From NCBI GenBank assembly GCA_012295275.1, contig CM022673.1, positions 23,684,001 to 23,748,000 of the forward strand: 64,000 nt of DNA. The letters are read 5' to 3'. Under the pieces are notes generated by a model. It was not told the origin of the DNA, did no database searches, and was given only the letters and a program-made list of their open reading frames with translations. The position numbers and the translations under genes are program-made. This stretch comes from Chrysomallon squamiferum (taxonomy: Eukaryota; Animalia; Mollusca). Shown here in pieces: positions 1 through 12,600 of this stretch (its first letter is position 1; the number at the start of each line of letters is the position of its first letter).

Positions 1-592
1 CATGATAATTACAGATCATGTAAACTGCAGCACTTAGATTTATTAACAGCACCAAAGTCAGCCACAAGAAAAACAGACAACAATTAAGCATACAAACAAA
101 GAACACACAAACAGCCATGTTACCCAGTTCAGTTATCATTAAACTGTACATTACTCCATTTGAAAAAAAACAAATATTTGAATAAATTTGTTCAGACTGC
201 TCATTCAGGTATATTTTCATGTATGTATTTATTAACTTCAGTTATCATCTCTTTCAATCTCATTGTAGTATAGAAACTTGAAAGCTAGTGTGAACTAAAG
301 TCACCTTTATAGAAAAGTGTGAATCAGATTTATATGTTAAATTACTGTTCATATTTCAATGTGAAATCACTGTTCTTTGATCTGATCATTCATCTTTTTG
401 TTTATACAGCAACCACAGAGTCTTAGTAAACTGTATTTCATTACACAGTGTGAATATCCATTTTTTGATGAGTCAGCATTATTTTTATGCATTAGACTGC
501 AAACACACCAGACACAGACACATGTGGACATACACACACACACACATACATACTCAGTTATCACATATGTTGCTATTTCTCGGTGCTGTTCT

Positions 593-640
593 TTATGCAT
601 TGTCAAAGTAGTGTAGAGTCTCTTCTAATTTTGTGGTTAT
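593..640 (-). CDS. Sorting nexin exon 15 (terminal)
   Basis: Poly-T acceptor, then [18 protein letters not shown]. Confidence 0.9.
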   Translation of the reverse strand: MTTKLEETLHYFDNA

Positions 641-3600
641 CTAAAAAAAAAAAAAAAAAAAAAAAAAACAATCAGCTAATTCAAAAACTCTTCATAAAAT
701 AATGTGTGTCTCTGTTTAGAGATAGTTTTTAGATATAACAAATACCTCTCAATAAGACTGTATCTGAGTAGGAAGGTAGTTTTTAGATAAAACAAATTCC
801 TCTCAATAAGACTGTATCTAAGTATGAAGGTAATTTTTAGATATAACAAATACCTCTCAATAAGACTGTATCTGAGTAGGAAGGTAGTTTTTAGATTAAC
901 AAATACCTCTGAGTAAGACTGTATCTGTGTACAAAGGTAATTTTTAGATATAACAAATTCCTCTCAATAAGACTGTATCTGAGTAGGAAGGTAGTTTTTA
1001 GATATAACAAATACCTCTGAGTAAGACTGTATCTGTGTACAAAGGTAATTTTTAGATATAACAAGATCCTCTCAATAAGACTGTATCTGTGTAGGAAGGT
1101 AATTTTTAGATATAACAAATACCTCTCAATAAGACTGTATCTGTGTACAAAGGTAGTTTTTAGATATAAAAAATACCTCTCAATAAGACTGTATCTGAGT
1201 ATATAACAAATACCTCTCTATAAAACTGTAACTGAGTATATAACAAATACCTCTCTATAAAAATGTAACTGATAAAAAATGTATCTGTAACTGAATATAT
1301 AAAAAATACTCTCTATAAAAACTGTATCTGAGTATATAACAAATAATAAAACTGTAAAATATATAAAAAAATACTCTCTATAAAAATGTATCTGATAAAA
1401 CAAATACCTCTCTATAAAACTGTAACTGAGTATATAACAAATACCTCTCTATAAAACTGTATCTGAGTATATAACAAATACCTCTCTATAAAACTGTAAC
1501 TGAGTATATAACAAATACCTCTCTATAAAACTGTATCTGAGTATATAACAAATACCTCTCTATAAAACTGTAACTGAGTATATAACAAATACCTCTGTAT
1601 AAAAATGTATCTGAGTATATAACAAATACCTCTCTATAAAACTGTATCTGAGTATATAACAAATACCTCTCTATAAAAATGTATCTCTATAAAACTGTAT
1701 CTGAGTATATAACAAATACCTCTCTATAAAACTGTATCTGAGCACGGAGGTAGTTCTGCATCATCAGTTTGTAGTCTTTGACTCGCTCATGCTGGAAATG
1801 GTTGATTTCTGCCAGTGTTCCATATGATATGACCTCCGCTTTTTGGGTGACACTCTGTACATCAGACTCTGACATTTTCTGTTCCTCCAGCAGTTTCTTA
1901 CACTCTTTTGCTTTACCTGTCGCTCCCTGAAATTACATTTTTAAAAACAAGAGAAATCACCATGCTGATTATCATTTGTAATGTATAGTAAAAACATTTT
2001 AAAAGTATACACTGGAATGTGTAACTTTTGTTTGTTATAATGGAGAATTAACACTTAAATTATTAAAAGTGAAATTTATGTAAAGTACAAATAAAACTAA
2101 CAGTCAGGCATTGTAAATAGATCAGCTTTATCCAGCATCTTCTATTTTAATCAGTTTTATCACAAAGTTCAAAATTTAATTTTTTTAACATGTTATCTAT
2201 TAAAAAAAAAAATCAAGAAAATCAAACTTGGTAACTTGAGAAAAAAAAACTAACGAAGTTGTGTTTCTAAAAGGTAAAGCATACTGTCAAATGATATCAC
2301 TAACATATTTAAGATTTTCAGTGTCAAGATGGTGTTTTAAACTGGAGAAAGGAAAATGTTAAATAAATAAAAATAACATATTTAAAATGAAATATCAAAC
2401 ATTATTTTACAAAACATAAACTGGATGTTTGTGTGCTGAGAATGGATTTGATGATGTTATGCAAAAACTTGTCTGTAGTAAATACTAAAATTACCTCATG
2501 AATTTTGAGGACGTCAGGGAATGTCTGCAGTATTCCCTTGTACTCCCCGAGACAGTCCATCAGTGGGGTAATGTCTTTGGCTGGCTGTTGTTCATACATC
2601 TTACCTATCTCATTGTACGTGTCACCTGTCCTGTCAATAGCTGCCGTCAAGTTACGAGAATCTGTCATAACAACACATCTTTTTATAGACTCAGTATTTT
2701 AACAATCTATTTAAAAATCTGTCATAACACATCTCTTTATAGACTCAGTATTTTAACAATCTATTTAAAAATCTGTCATAACAACAACACATCTCTTTAT
2801 ATACTCAGTATTTTAACAATCTATTTAAAAATCTGTCATAACAACAATACATCTCTTTATATACTCAGTATTTTAACAATCTATTTAAAAATCTGTCATA
2901 ACAACAATACATCTCTTTATATACTTAGTATTTTAACAATTTATTTAAAAATCTGTCATAACACATCTCTTTGTATACTCAGTATTTTAACAATCTATTT
3001 AAAAATCTGTCATAACAACAATACATCTCTTTATATACTTAGTAATTTAACAATTTATTTAAAAATCTGTCATAACACATCTCTTTATATACTCAGTATT
3101 TTAACAATCTATTTAAAAATCTGTCATAACACATCTCTTTTAGAGACTCAGTATTTTAACAATCTATTTAAAAATCTGTTGTAACAACACATCTCTTTAT
3201 ATACTCAGTATTTTAAAAATCTGTTGTAACAACACATGTCATAACAACAACACATCTCTTTTGTATACTCAGTATTTTAACAATCTATTTAAAAATCTGT
3301 CATAACAATAACATCTCTTTATATACTCAGTATTTTAACAATCTATTTAAAAATCTGTCATAACAACAACACATTTTAACTTTATTTAAAAATCTATCAT
3401 AACACATCTCTTTAGAGACTCAGTATTTTAACAATTTATTTAAAAATCTGCCATAACAACAACACATCTTTTTACACTCAGTATTTTAAAAATCTATTTA
3501 AAAATCTATTAAAAAATCTGTCATAAAAACACATCTCTTTATACATTCAGTATTTAACAATATATTGAACATTTGTATTTTTAGTTATATAAAATAAAAT

Positions 3601-6600
3601 AAAATTTATAACATATAGGCTATTTCTCTATAAAATCAGATTTACTGACTCAGTCATTTAAGTTTTTATTATCTTTATAAACCCCAATTTTTTATCGTAA
3701 TATGTATTTAAAAAAACTTCAAATATCTTTTAAATGTATGGTTTATTGAATATGTTTAAATTCAATGTTTTTTATCTTGTTTTTTCTAAGCTTTCATCAT
3801 CAATATGAAATTAAGATTTTTACATTGTTCATGCTCAGTCTTTTAAAGCATTAACAATCAAGTTAAAATGTATTAATCAGCCTGTCAAGAATGTATTTAA
3901 ATTGTAAGTAACAAGACTACACATTATTAAAATACAGATTAAAAATTTAGACAGTTAACATTTGTAAATATAAATGAGTTAATGATGTTTGTAAATTAAG
4001 TCAATTAATAATGTTTGTTAATTTAGACAGCTGATGGTTTGCAATATTAAGTCTGTAAAATGATGTTTGTAGATTAAGTAAGATAATGATGTTAGAAATA
4101 TTAAGTAAATTAATGATGTTTGTAGATTAAGACATATTAGTCATTCTACACTAGAAAACAAGAGAATATTAAACACACAATCACTCACATGTGCCTTCAT
4201 CAATGTTAAATGTGACAGCCATTGATTTAAAACCTTGCCCCAGTTTGCCGAATTCCTTTTTGAAAGCTGAAAAAATTGTATTATTAAATATTTAAAAAAA
4301 AAAATTGTAAAATGTACATTGTGTATCAATATATAAATAAAACTTTGTTTAATAATATATACACTGTTGTATTATATCATATTGTTTAATTAAAATTGTA
4401 AAATATGTATTGTTGTTTTATTATATACATTAAAAATAAAATTGAAAACCCTGTATTATTTTATTATTATACATTTTTAAAATAATTTTGTAAATATACA
4501 CTGTTGCATTATTATAAATTTATTTATGAAAATTATGGAATGTACATTCTGATGTTATTATAAATTATAAAAGATATAGTTAAATGTATCAGAAGTATGT
4601 TTTCATTATATTCATATATCTAATAATAAACAATTAAAAAAAATATTGAAATTTTACATAAATCATTAAACATTATGTTAAAAAATAAAATTTCTGACCC
4701 TTTTCCTTTGTTAAGTTTATTTATTATTTTTTTTTTATATTTTTATAATGAAAATAATTTACACCATTAGTATTCTGTTTTATAGTAGTGACCAACCCAC
4801 TTTTAATTACCAATGATCTGAGCAAATTCTGAACAACAGGTTTTAACTTCAAATTTTTTAATGTACCCTCTTATTTAATATCACAGCCATTTATCATTTT
4901 TAATTGACTTTTTGGCCACTGTTACAATTTTGTTTACTGCAGAATGTTAAATATTCAGTAATATCAAATACCTTTTTACATCAACTTCTGTTTATACAGT
5001 AAGTTTTTATGTATAGTTTTACAATCTCTATTTTACAATATCTACATAAGATATACTTACTACCAACATGTTTCTTAGAGTTTTCACCTAAAACCTGCAA
5101 CAAAAACTTTGTATTGTCTGTCATGTTCATGACAAACTTGCAGAAAGTTTCCATTTTCTTGTCACTGAAAAAAAAAAAAAAATAATAATTATTATCATAC
5201 TGAATTAAAAAAAATTAAAAAAAAATTAAATAACAACATAGTGTTGACAATAGCTATGTATTTCTAACAAGAGAATTATATGATAAAAATAAACAGAAAT
5301 ACACTTATGAAAGATGATAGAGAACTCAGTAAACATACACATCATGGCTGTCCAGGTGATGAGGTGGTGTCTGCAGCAACAAGAAAAACTTGGCTCCCTG
5401 AAAACCATCTTTCTCTGACTTCCTCTTCCCTTCCTTCCATTTCTGTAAGTAAAACAATAAGTATTGCTCACTTTACTCTGTAAACTAAAGATTGTTTTGT
5501 CTGTACAGGAGACCAAGTGAACAGTTAAAAACTAAAGATTAGTATTAGCTTGTACAGGAGACAAAATGAACAGTTAAAAACTAAAGATTATTATTAGCTT
5601 GTACAGGAGACAAAATGAACAGTTAAAAACTAAAGATTAATATTAGTCTGTACTGGAGACAAAGTTAACAGTTAAAAACTAAAGATTACTTTTTGTCTGT
5701 ACAGAAGACAAAGTGAACAGTTAAAAACTAAAGATTACATTTTGTTTGTACAGGACATAAAGTGAACAGTTAAAAAATAAATATTACCTTTTGTCTGTAC
5801 AGGACATAAAGTGAACAGTTAAAAAATAAAGATTACTTTTTCGTCTGTACAGGACATAAAGTGAACAGTTAAAAACTAATGGTTACTTTCTGTTTGTACA
5901 GGAGACAAAGTGAACAGTTAAAAACTAAAGATTACCTTTTCGTCTGTACAGGACATAAAGTGAACAATTAAAAACTAAAGATTACTTTTTGTCTGTACAG
6001 GAGACAAAGTGAACAGTTAAAAACTAAAGATTACCTTTTCGTCTGTACAGGACATAAAATGAACAGTTAAAAACTAAAGATTACCTTTTCGTCTGTACAG
6101 GTGAGGAAGTGAATGAACACTGTGGACTGTGAGATAACTGGGTGACGCACCATTCTGTTTATCCACATCTGCAGTCTCTGCATTCTCTCTGTGATAAAAT
6201 CATCTTCATAGCGACCTGCCGCACAATTATTATACATCAACTACATTGTACACAATTGTTATATTGAACACAGTTATATTGACTATATTGAACACAGTTA
6301 TTATATAACAACTACACTGAACATAATTATTATATAACAACTACACTGAACATAATTATATAACAGCTATACTGAACAAAATTATTATTATAAAAACTAT
6401 ACTGAACATATTATATAACACCTATACTGAACGTTAATTATTATGCAACAACTATACTAAACATTATTATATAACAACTATAATGAACAACTATACTAAA
6501 TGCCCCTGATACATAATTACTGAAATCATAGCAACCTGATTATGTATCTCTATAATATTCTTATTTAACTACATTCAATTCATTATACATAACAGGAACA

Positions 6601-9600
6601 TTCACCAAAACTGTGTTTTCCTCAGTCACACTAATTTACATATTTAACTGTAACATAACACTGTTTTTAACACAAAACTTTCTGACATATCAAATTAATT
6701 TCAGATTAAATTTAAGAAATAAAATAATATTCAAAAATAATTAATAGTAATAAAAAAACAAAAATTACAGAGTACTTTAACATGCATACTTACTTTTAAC
6801 AATAAATAAATAAATAAATAAATAATGTAAATGGTGGCTGGTTATGTAAGCATGTTCTGATCTTGGGATGTGAGAAACCTTTGTGAAGTGACTGTGATAT
6901 CAACATGTAAAGCTGTGTGTAGATAGGGTTGACTCACAATAACACTGTATTAACTGGATGTTTCAGACAATGAGGACCTAACATGTGTAGTGCATGTCAA
7001 TTGTTTTGTTAATGAAGTAAACAACAACAATTTAATATTTCTTAACAGGAACATTGTAAACAAGAAAAGCTGGTTATAAAACACAAACCTCCAAAGCCAG
7101 GAACTGAAATCAGATAAAACATTTTTAAATATCTTTCTGTTCACCTTGGTAACACAGCAGTTGGAAGAGATTAAAAAAAAAAGCAGCTAAATAATTTTCA
7201 AATTAGTAGGTGATTACTGAACACTGGACTGCTGCTTGAATAATGATTGACTGTTAGTAGTGTTTGTCATTGGTGTTACTGCAATTCTTTCATTCTGATC
7301 TCTGTCTGTGTATGATTGATGTCTTACCTGAAATGGCTTTGTCTGGTAATGGAGGCACTGTGATACAAGGAAACTTTTCTTGTAATCTTTCATGTAACCA
7401 GTCAAAGTGTTTGTACCGCCGACTGACCTGAATGTTATTTAACTGAAAAAATATCAATAATTATGAGGTAAGTGATCATGCACCCGCAGATATGTAGAAC
7501 TCACATTTTTATAGATACAGAGAGTCTTATGTAATGAGGTGTATATGAATGAGTACTCACAGATGAGGTGAGTTGATATATAAATGAGCACTCACAGATG
7601 AGATGAATTGATATATAAATGAGCACTCAGATGAGGTGAGTTGATATAAAAATGAGTATTCAGAGATGAGGTAAAGTGATATATAAATGAGCACTAACAG
7701 ATGAGGTGAGTTGATATATAAATGAGCACTCACAGATGAGGTGAGTTGATATTAAATAAACACTTACAGATGTAGTGAGTTGATATATAAATGAGTACTC
7801 ACAGATGAGGTGAGTCGATATATAAATGAGTACTCACAGATGAGGTGAAGTGATATATAAATGAGCACACACAGATGAGGTGAAGTGATATACAAGTGAG
7901 TACTCACAGATGGGGTGAGATGGTATGCTATGTAACTTTTCAATCCTTTCATTTTGCTTTCTTTTTTAGGAGAGGCTACAGCACAAGTGTACTGATTTTC
8001 TTTGGCTGGATTCCACATCGGTCCATCGTCTGTCTCCTGAAACCACAAATTACAATTACCAGCCACTTTTATCACAAATTATATCACACACTCTATCAGA
8101 TTATGCCACAAATTATATCAGATTATATCACAACTTATTCCAGATTACATTATAAATTATATCAGATTATATCACAACTTATTCCAGATTACATTATAAA
8201 TCATATCAGATTATATCACAAAGTAAATCAGAAAATATCACTGATTTCATCACTATGAATCACATTTTTACATGAAAATATATCAGAAACAAAACCCTTC
8301 ACAAAATAAAACCACACATTTCTGTTCAGCTCAGTACAGTTAACAAAACTTGCTGTGTGTCAGTCACACTGAAAATACACAGCAGTTTATCTCAGTTCTA
8401 CAGTCAGCTGACTTTGTACAGCTTAATAATAAAGTACTACTCACAATAATTTTAATCAGGTCACTTTCAGGTACGTCCACCTGTGCCTGGGTCATCAGGT
8501 ATGCCTCCCCACCTGTCTTAGCAAAGTGTGAAAACCTGCACAAAGCAAATCTTAAGTGTTATTCCTCAAACATTTTCCATCTATCAGAACACCTTACAAT
8601 AATTATATACAATAACACAGATGATAAACCATTTTTATTATTTACTTAATTTAAGAAAGTCACAGGTTTTGAAACAACCCATAACTTTTATGAAGAACCT
8701 CACAAACATTATATTCTTGTAATGTATTAACATACTGGATATTCATTAACCTTGTAAAATATTAACAAGTGATGCTGTGCATTCTGCAGTTTGTGATACA
8801 CATTTACCTGCAAAATCTCTAATCATCTATTTAAAACAGAAAACTGTAAGTAAGTAATTTACCTGTTAAAACTACTTTTCACTGTGATAAATAAGTAATT
8901 TAGCTGTTAAAATTACTTTTCCCTGTGATAAATAAGTAATTTAGCTGTTAAAACTACTTTTCCCTGTGATAAATAAGTAATTTACCTGTTAAAACTACTT
9001 TTCACTGTGATAAATAATTTACCTGTTAAAACTACTTTTCACTGTGCCATATTTTGACATTTCTGATGTTGGAGATATCTGTTTCCCTTCTCTTCTGGGC
9101 ACAGCCAAACCAAATGTTCCACTCCCATGTAGTTCCTTCAATTGAAAATAAACAAAAAGTATTTTGTGGTCGTAACAGATTTTTACCTAAATACTAAACA
9201 GTAATATGACATTGTAATAAACAATAACATTTTAGCATCAACAATAGGTTAGAATTACACTGTTAACAACGAAACCCAGTTGTAACATCACTGTAACATG
9301 AACAACAGTTCAAGTTTAACCAAAAATCAGTGGAGCTTGTACCAACACTTGGAGCCATTGATAAGTAACTAATGTGAGTTTGCACAGTGAAAGGAGAAAT
9401 GAAAATACATGCAGAACATGTGTCAAACATTTTGCAAGTTCTCTCACAACTGTCAGTGTTATAATATTAATAACACAAATCAGTCAGTTAGCAGTGTTCA
9501 TATTAAAACAACCATCTCACCTGATTTGTTCCTGTAGTACTGTTGCTTGACTGATCATCATCATCATCATCCCACTCATCATCCCAATCATCGAGGCTCT

Positions 9601-12600
9601 GCTGCGCTGTCACTGGGGCATGCGTGTCCCCGCCATTTTGTTGAGTGAAGCCATTGACAGCTTTCAGAGATGTTGGCCGAGTGGTGGGTAGGGTGGATGG
9701 AATTGGGCGAGGTGGTGGTGGGAACTGTGGTTCAGGAATTGATATAATCTGACAAGAGAGAAAAAAGTAATATACAGTGCAAAAATAAACAGTATTTTGA
9801 AAATCTGATTACATCATCAAATTAAAAACATTCCATTATCACAGTCAGAATATAAACAATATTTTAAAGTGGAAAAAATTATATAAATATTGTTATGCAC
9901 AAACAAACGCACAGACATTAAGAAAATTTAATATAAATAAAGATATACGTTAAAAAAATGTAACTTTGATTTACTATAGGGTCATTCCGTGTCAAATCAC
10001 CCAAAAAAAAAAGAAATTTAAACCCGACCGTCTCAGATTTTTATGAAACTTGGTATACTTGTTGACTGGGATCCCACAGCACCAAATCTGAAATGTTAGC
10101 TCAATCAGACCAGTGGTGTGGGAGATACGGCCCACCGAATTTTGAGATTTTTGCCAAAAATGGGTGTGACCACCAACCTTAGAACCCTCATATCTCAGGA
10201 ACTACTGGGCCAATCTTCATAAAATTGGTATTGTTAGAAAGGCAAAATGACAAGGATACCAAATCTGCCATTTTTGTTTAGTTTGGAAAATACTGGAGTA
10301 CCTTGACCTTTTGACCTTTGCTATGACCTTGAAATTGACCGTGTGGATCACGTGATCTTGAGATAACCTTTATTGAAATGTAATCTCCCACATGTTAACT
10401 AAAACATATAAAAGTTTCCTGGGTGTAATATTTTTTGTTTAGCCACAATATAGATTTAAAAAATGCACATACATGAAAATAACACCTTTTCAGCCATTAA
10501 CATCTGATTAACTAAAACCTGAATGATCAATTCTGGATGCTAGGGATCACCATCTTTCTTGATCATCGAAAAGACATTGTAGGCCTACATGTATGCATAA
10601 AAAGTTCACATAAATTTGAGAGAACTAGGTGTTTCTGATGCTTAACCTTCTCACTATGTTTGTTTCAAATGCTCACTGTATCCTTCATTCCCAGACACAT
10701 TCTACTGTTCTCATCACTTTCATAAAATTTGATTATTTCCTCCTTCAATTCATTGTCCTTTCAATGGTAAAGGGTGACAAAATCAAGATTTGCACACGCT
10801 CTGGGTAGGATTCAGAATTAACATGTCATTTTAATGTTACTGTAGCTGATGCTAGTTTTTTTTCTGTCCTTTCATTCATTTACTGGAATGTGCTAGAGAA
10901 TGGAGTTTGACAGGAGTTTAACCTAAACTTCGACAGAATAGAATTCAAATCAAAGTCCTTTTCTGGGGAAACAACAACCAGCGGTTTGTCTGGCAAGTTA
11001 TCACCAAATTCTCCCATTGTAATACCACCATCCTAAAGCCATCCTCTGCAGGACCTTTGATTTCTGAAGGGTAATCAGACAGTCACAGCACAACTTGTCT
11101 CCTGGCACTAGTGTCTTTGGAGGATTTACTAAGCATTTGTAAGTGCCCATGCTAACAATTCTTAAAGATCTAGTGCGTGCTTGCTCAGGGTGGTGATTAA
11201 GGGGATCACAACAGTTTTTCTGCAATGTTGAAAATTTGATGAAAAGTTCTTGTTAAATGATACTCTTGATGTCCCGTGTTTTGATCCCACTTCAAAGAGT
11301 GAGGAGTTCGACTTCCTCAGTTTTCCATACACTTCAAGTAACAACTCCTTTTTGATATGATGGTGTTGATAACACACATTTTCAGGAGAGTTAAAGCTGC
11401 AGTTAGCCCTGGACGAAATAAGGATTTTCAGTATTGGCCTGCACCTTCAATTCAATAGAACAAAGTCAGTGCTTTCCTAAATATTAAATTAAATCCTGAA
11501 ACCCTTTCAGTAAAGTTAAGCAGGTCATAAAATGGCAGCAGAGTACATGTGTTATTGCCAAAGGCCCACAAGTCTTGGGCATTTATGTCAATCTTCTCAA
11601 GTATAAATCACAGTTTATTAAGGTGAAGTAGACCTTGTTCATACTCTGTGCCAAGACTGGGTGTACAAATACATTATGCAGTACATCACTTGATGACGTT
11701 TGATTTCAGACTGGGTTGTACTGTTGTTGACTGAAACCTTGTTCAAAAGCCAATGGCAAGGCCCCACATGACATGATAAAATTACTTAATAGGTTTTATG
11801 AAATAAAAATATTGTTTATATATCAACATCTGACATTGTGTCCAACTTAAAAGCTTCAGATTGTCAAAGAAATGCAGATGAAGAAACTTTTTTGTCTTAA
11901 ACTTCTAATTGCCATGTGCTCAATGGGGATTGCACCAGGGAATCTAAAGGAGTTCCTGACCTGTCTGAAGCATCACTTCCTGTTAACCCTTTGAGCCTGA
12001 CTGTGTAGAACATGTCATGCCATTTGGCATCTTTTCATATCCTTCAGGCATTCCTTCAGACATGTCAGGTGGGTTTTAACTCCAAAGATAAGTTTTTAGT
12101 CTCAGAGAAAATGTACATTGTAATGCATTGTATCAATCATCCATGCAGGTATGCATTTTTTAAATCTCTATTATGGCTAAACAAAAATATTATACCCAGG
12201 AAACTTTTATATGTGAACTTTATGCATACATGTAGGCCTACAATGTCTTACTCGATGATCAAGAGATGGTGATTCCTAGCATCCAGAATTGATCATTCAG
12301 GTTTTAGTTAATCAGATGTTAATGGCTGAAAAGGTGTTATTTTCATGTATGTGCATTTTTTAAATCTATATTGTGGCTAAACAAAAAATATTACACCCAG
12401 GAAACTTTTATATGTTTTAGTTAACATGTGGGAATTAAATTTCAATAAAGGTCATCTCAAGATCACGTGATCCACACGGTCAATTTCAAGGTCATAGCAA
12501 AGGTCAAAAGGTCAAGGTACTCCAATATTTTCCAAACTAAACAAAAATGGCAGATTTGGTATCCTTGTCATTTTGCCTTTCTAACAATACCAATTTTATG

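Noticed and set aside
2498-3184. 228-aa plus-strand ORF
   Set aside because: Antisense to exon 13 plus repeat translation
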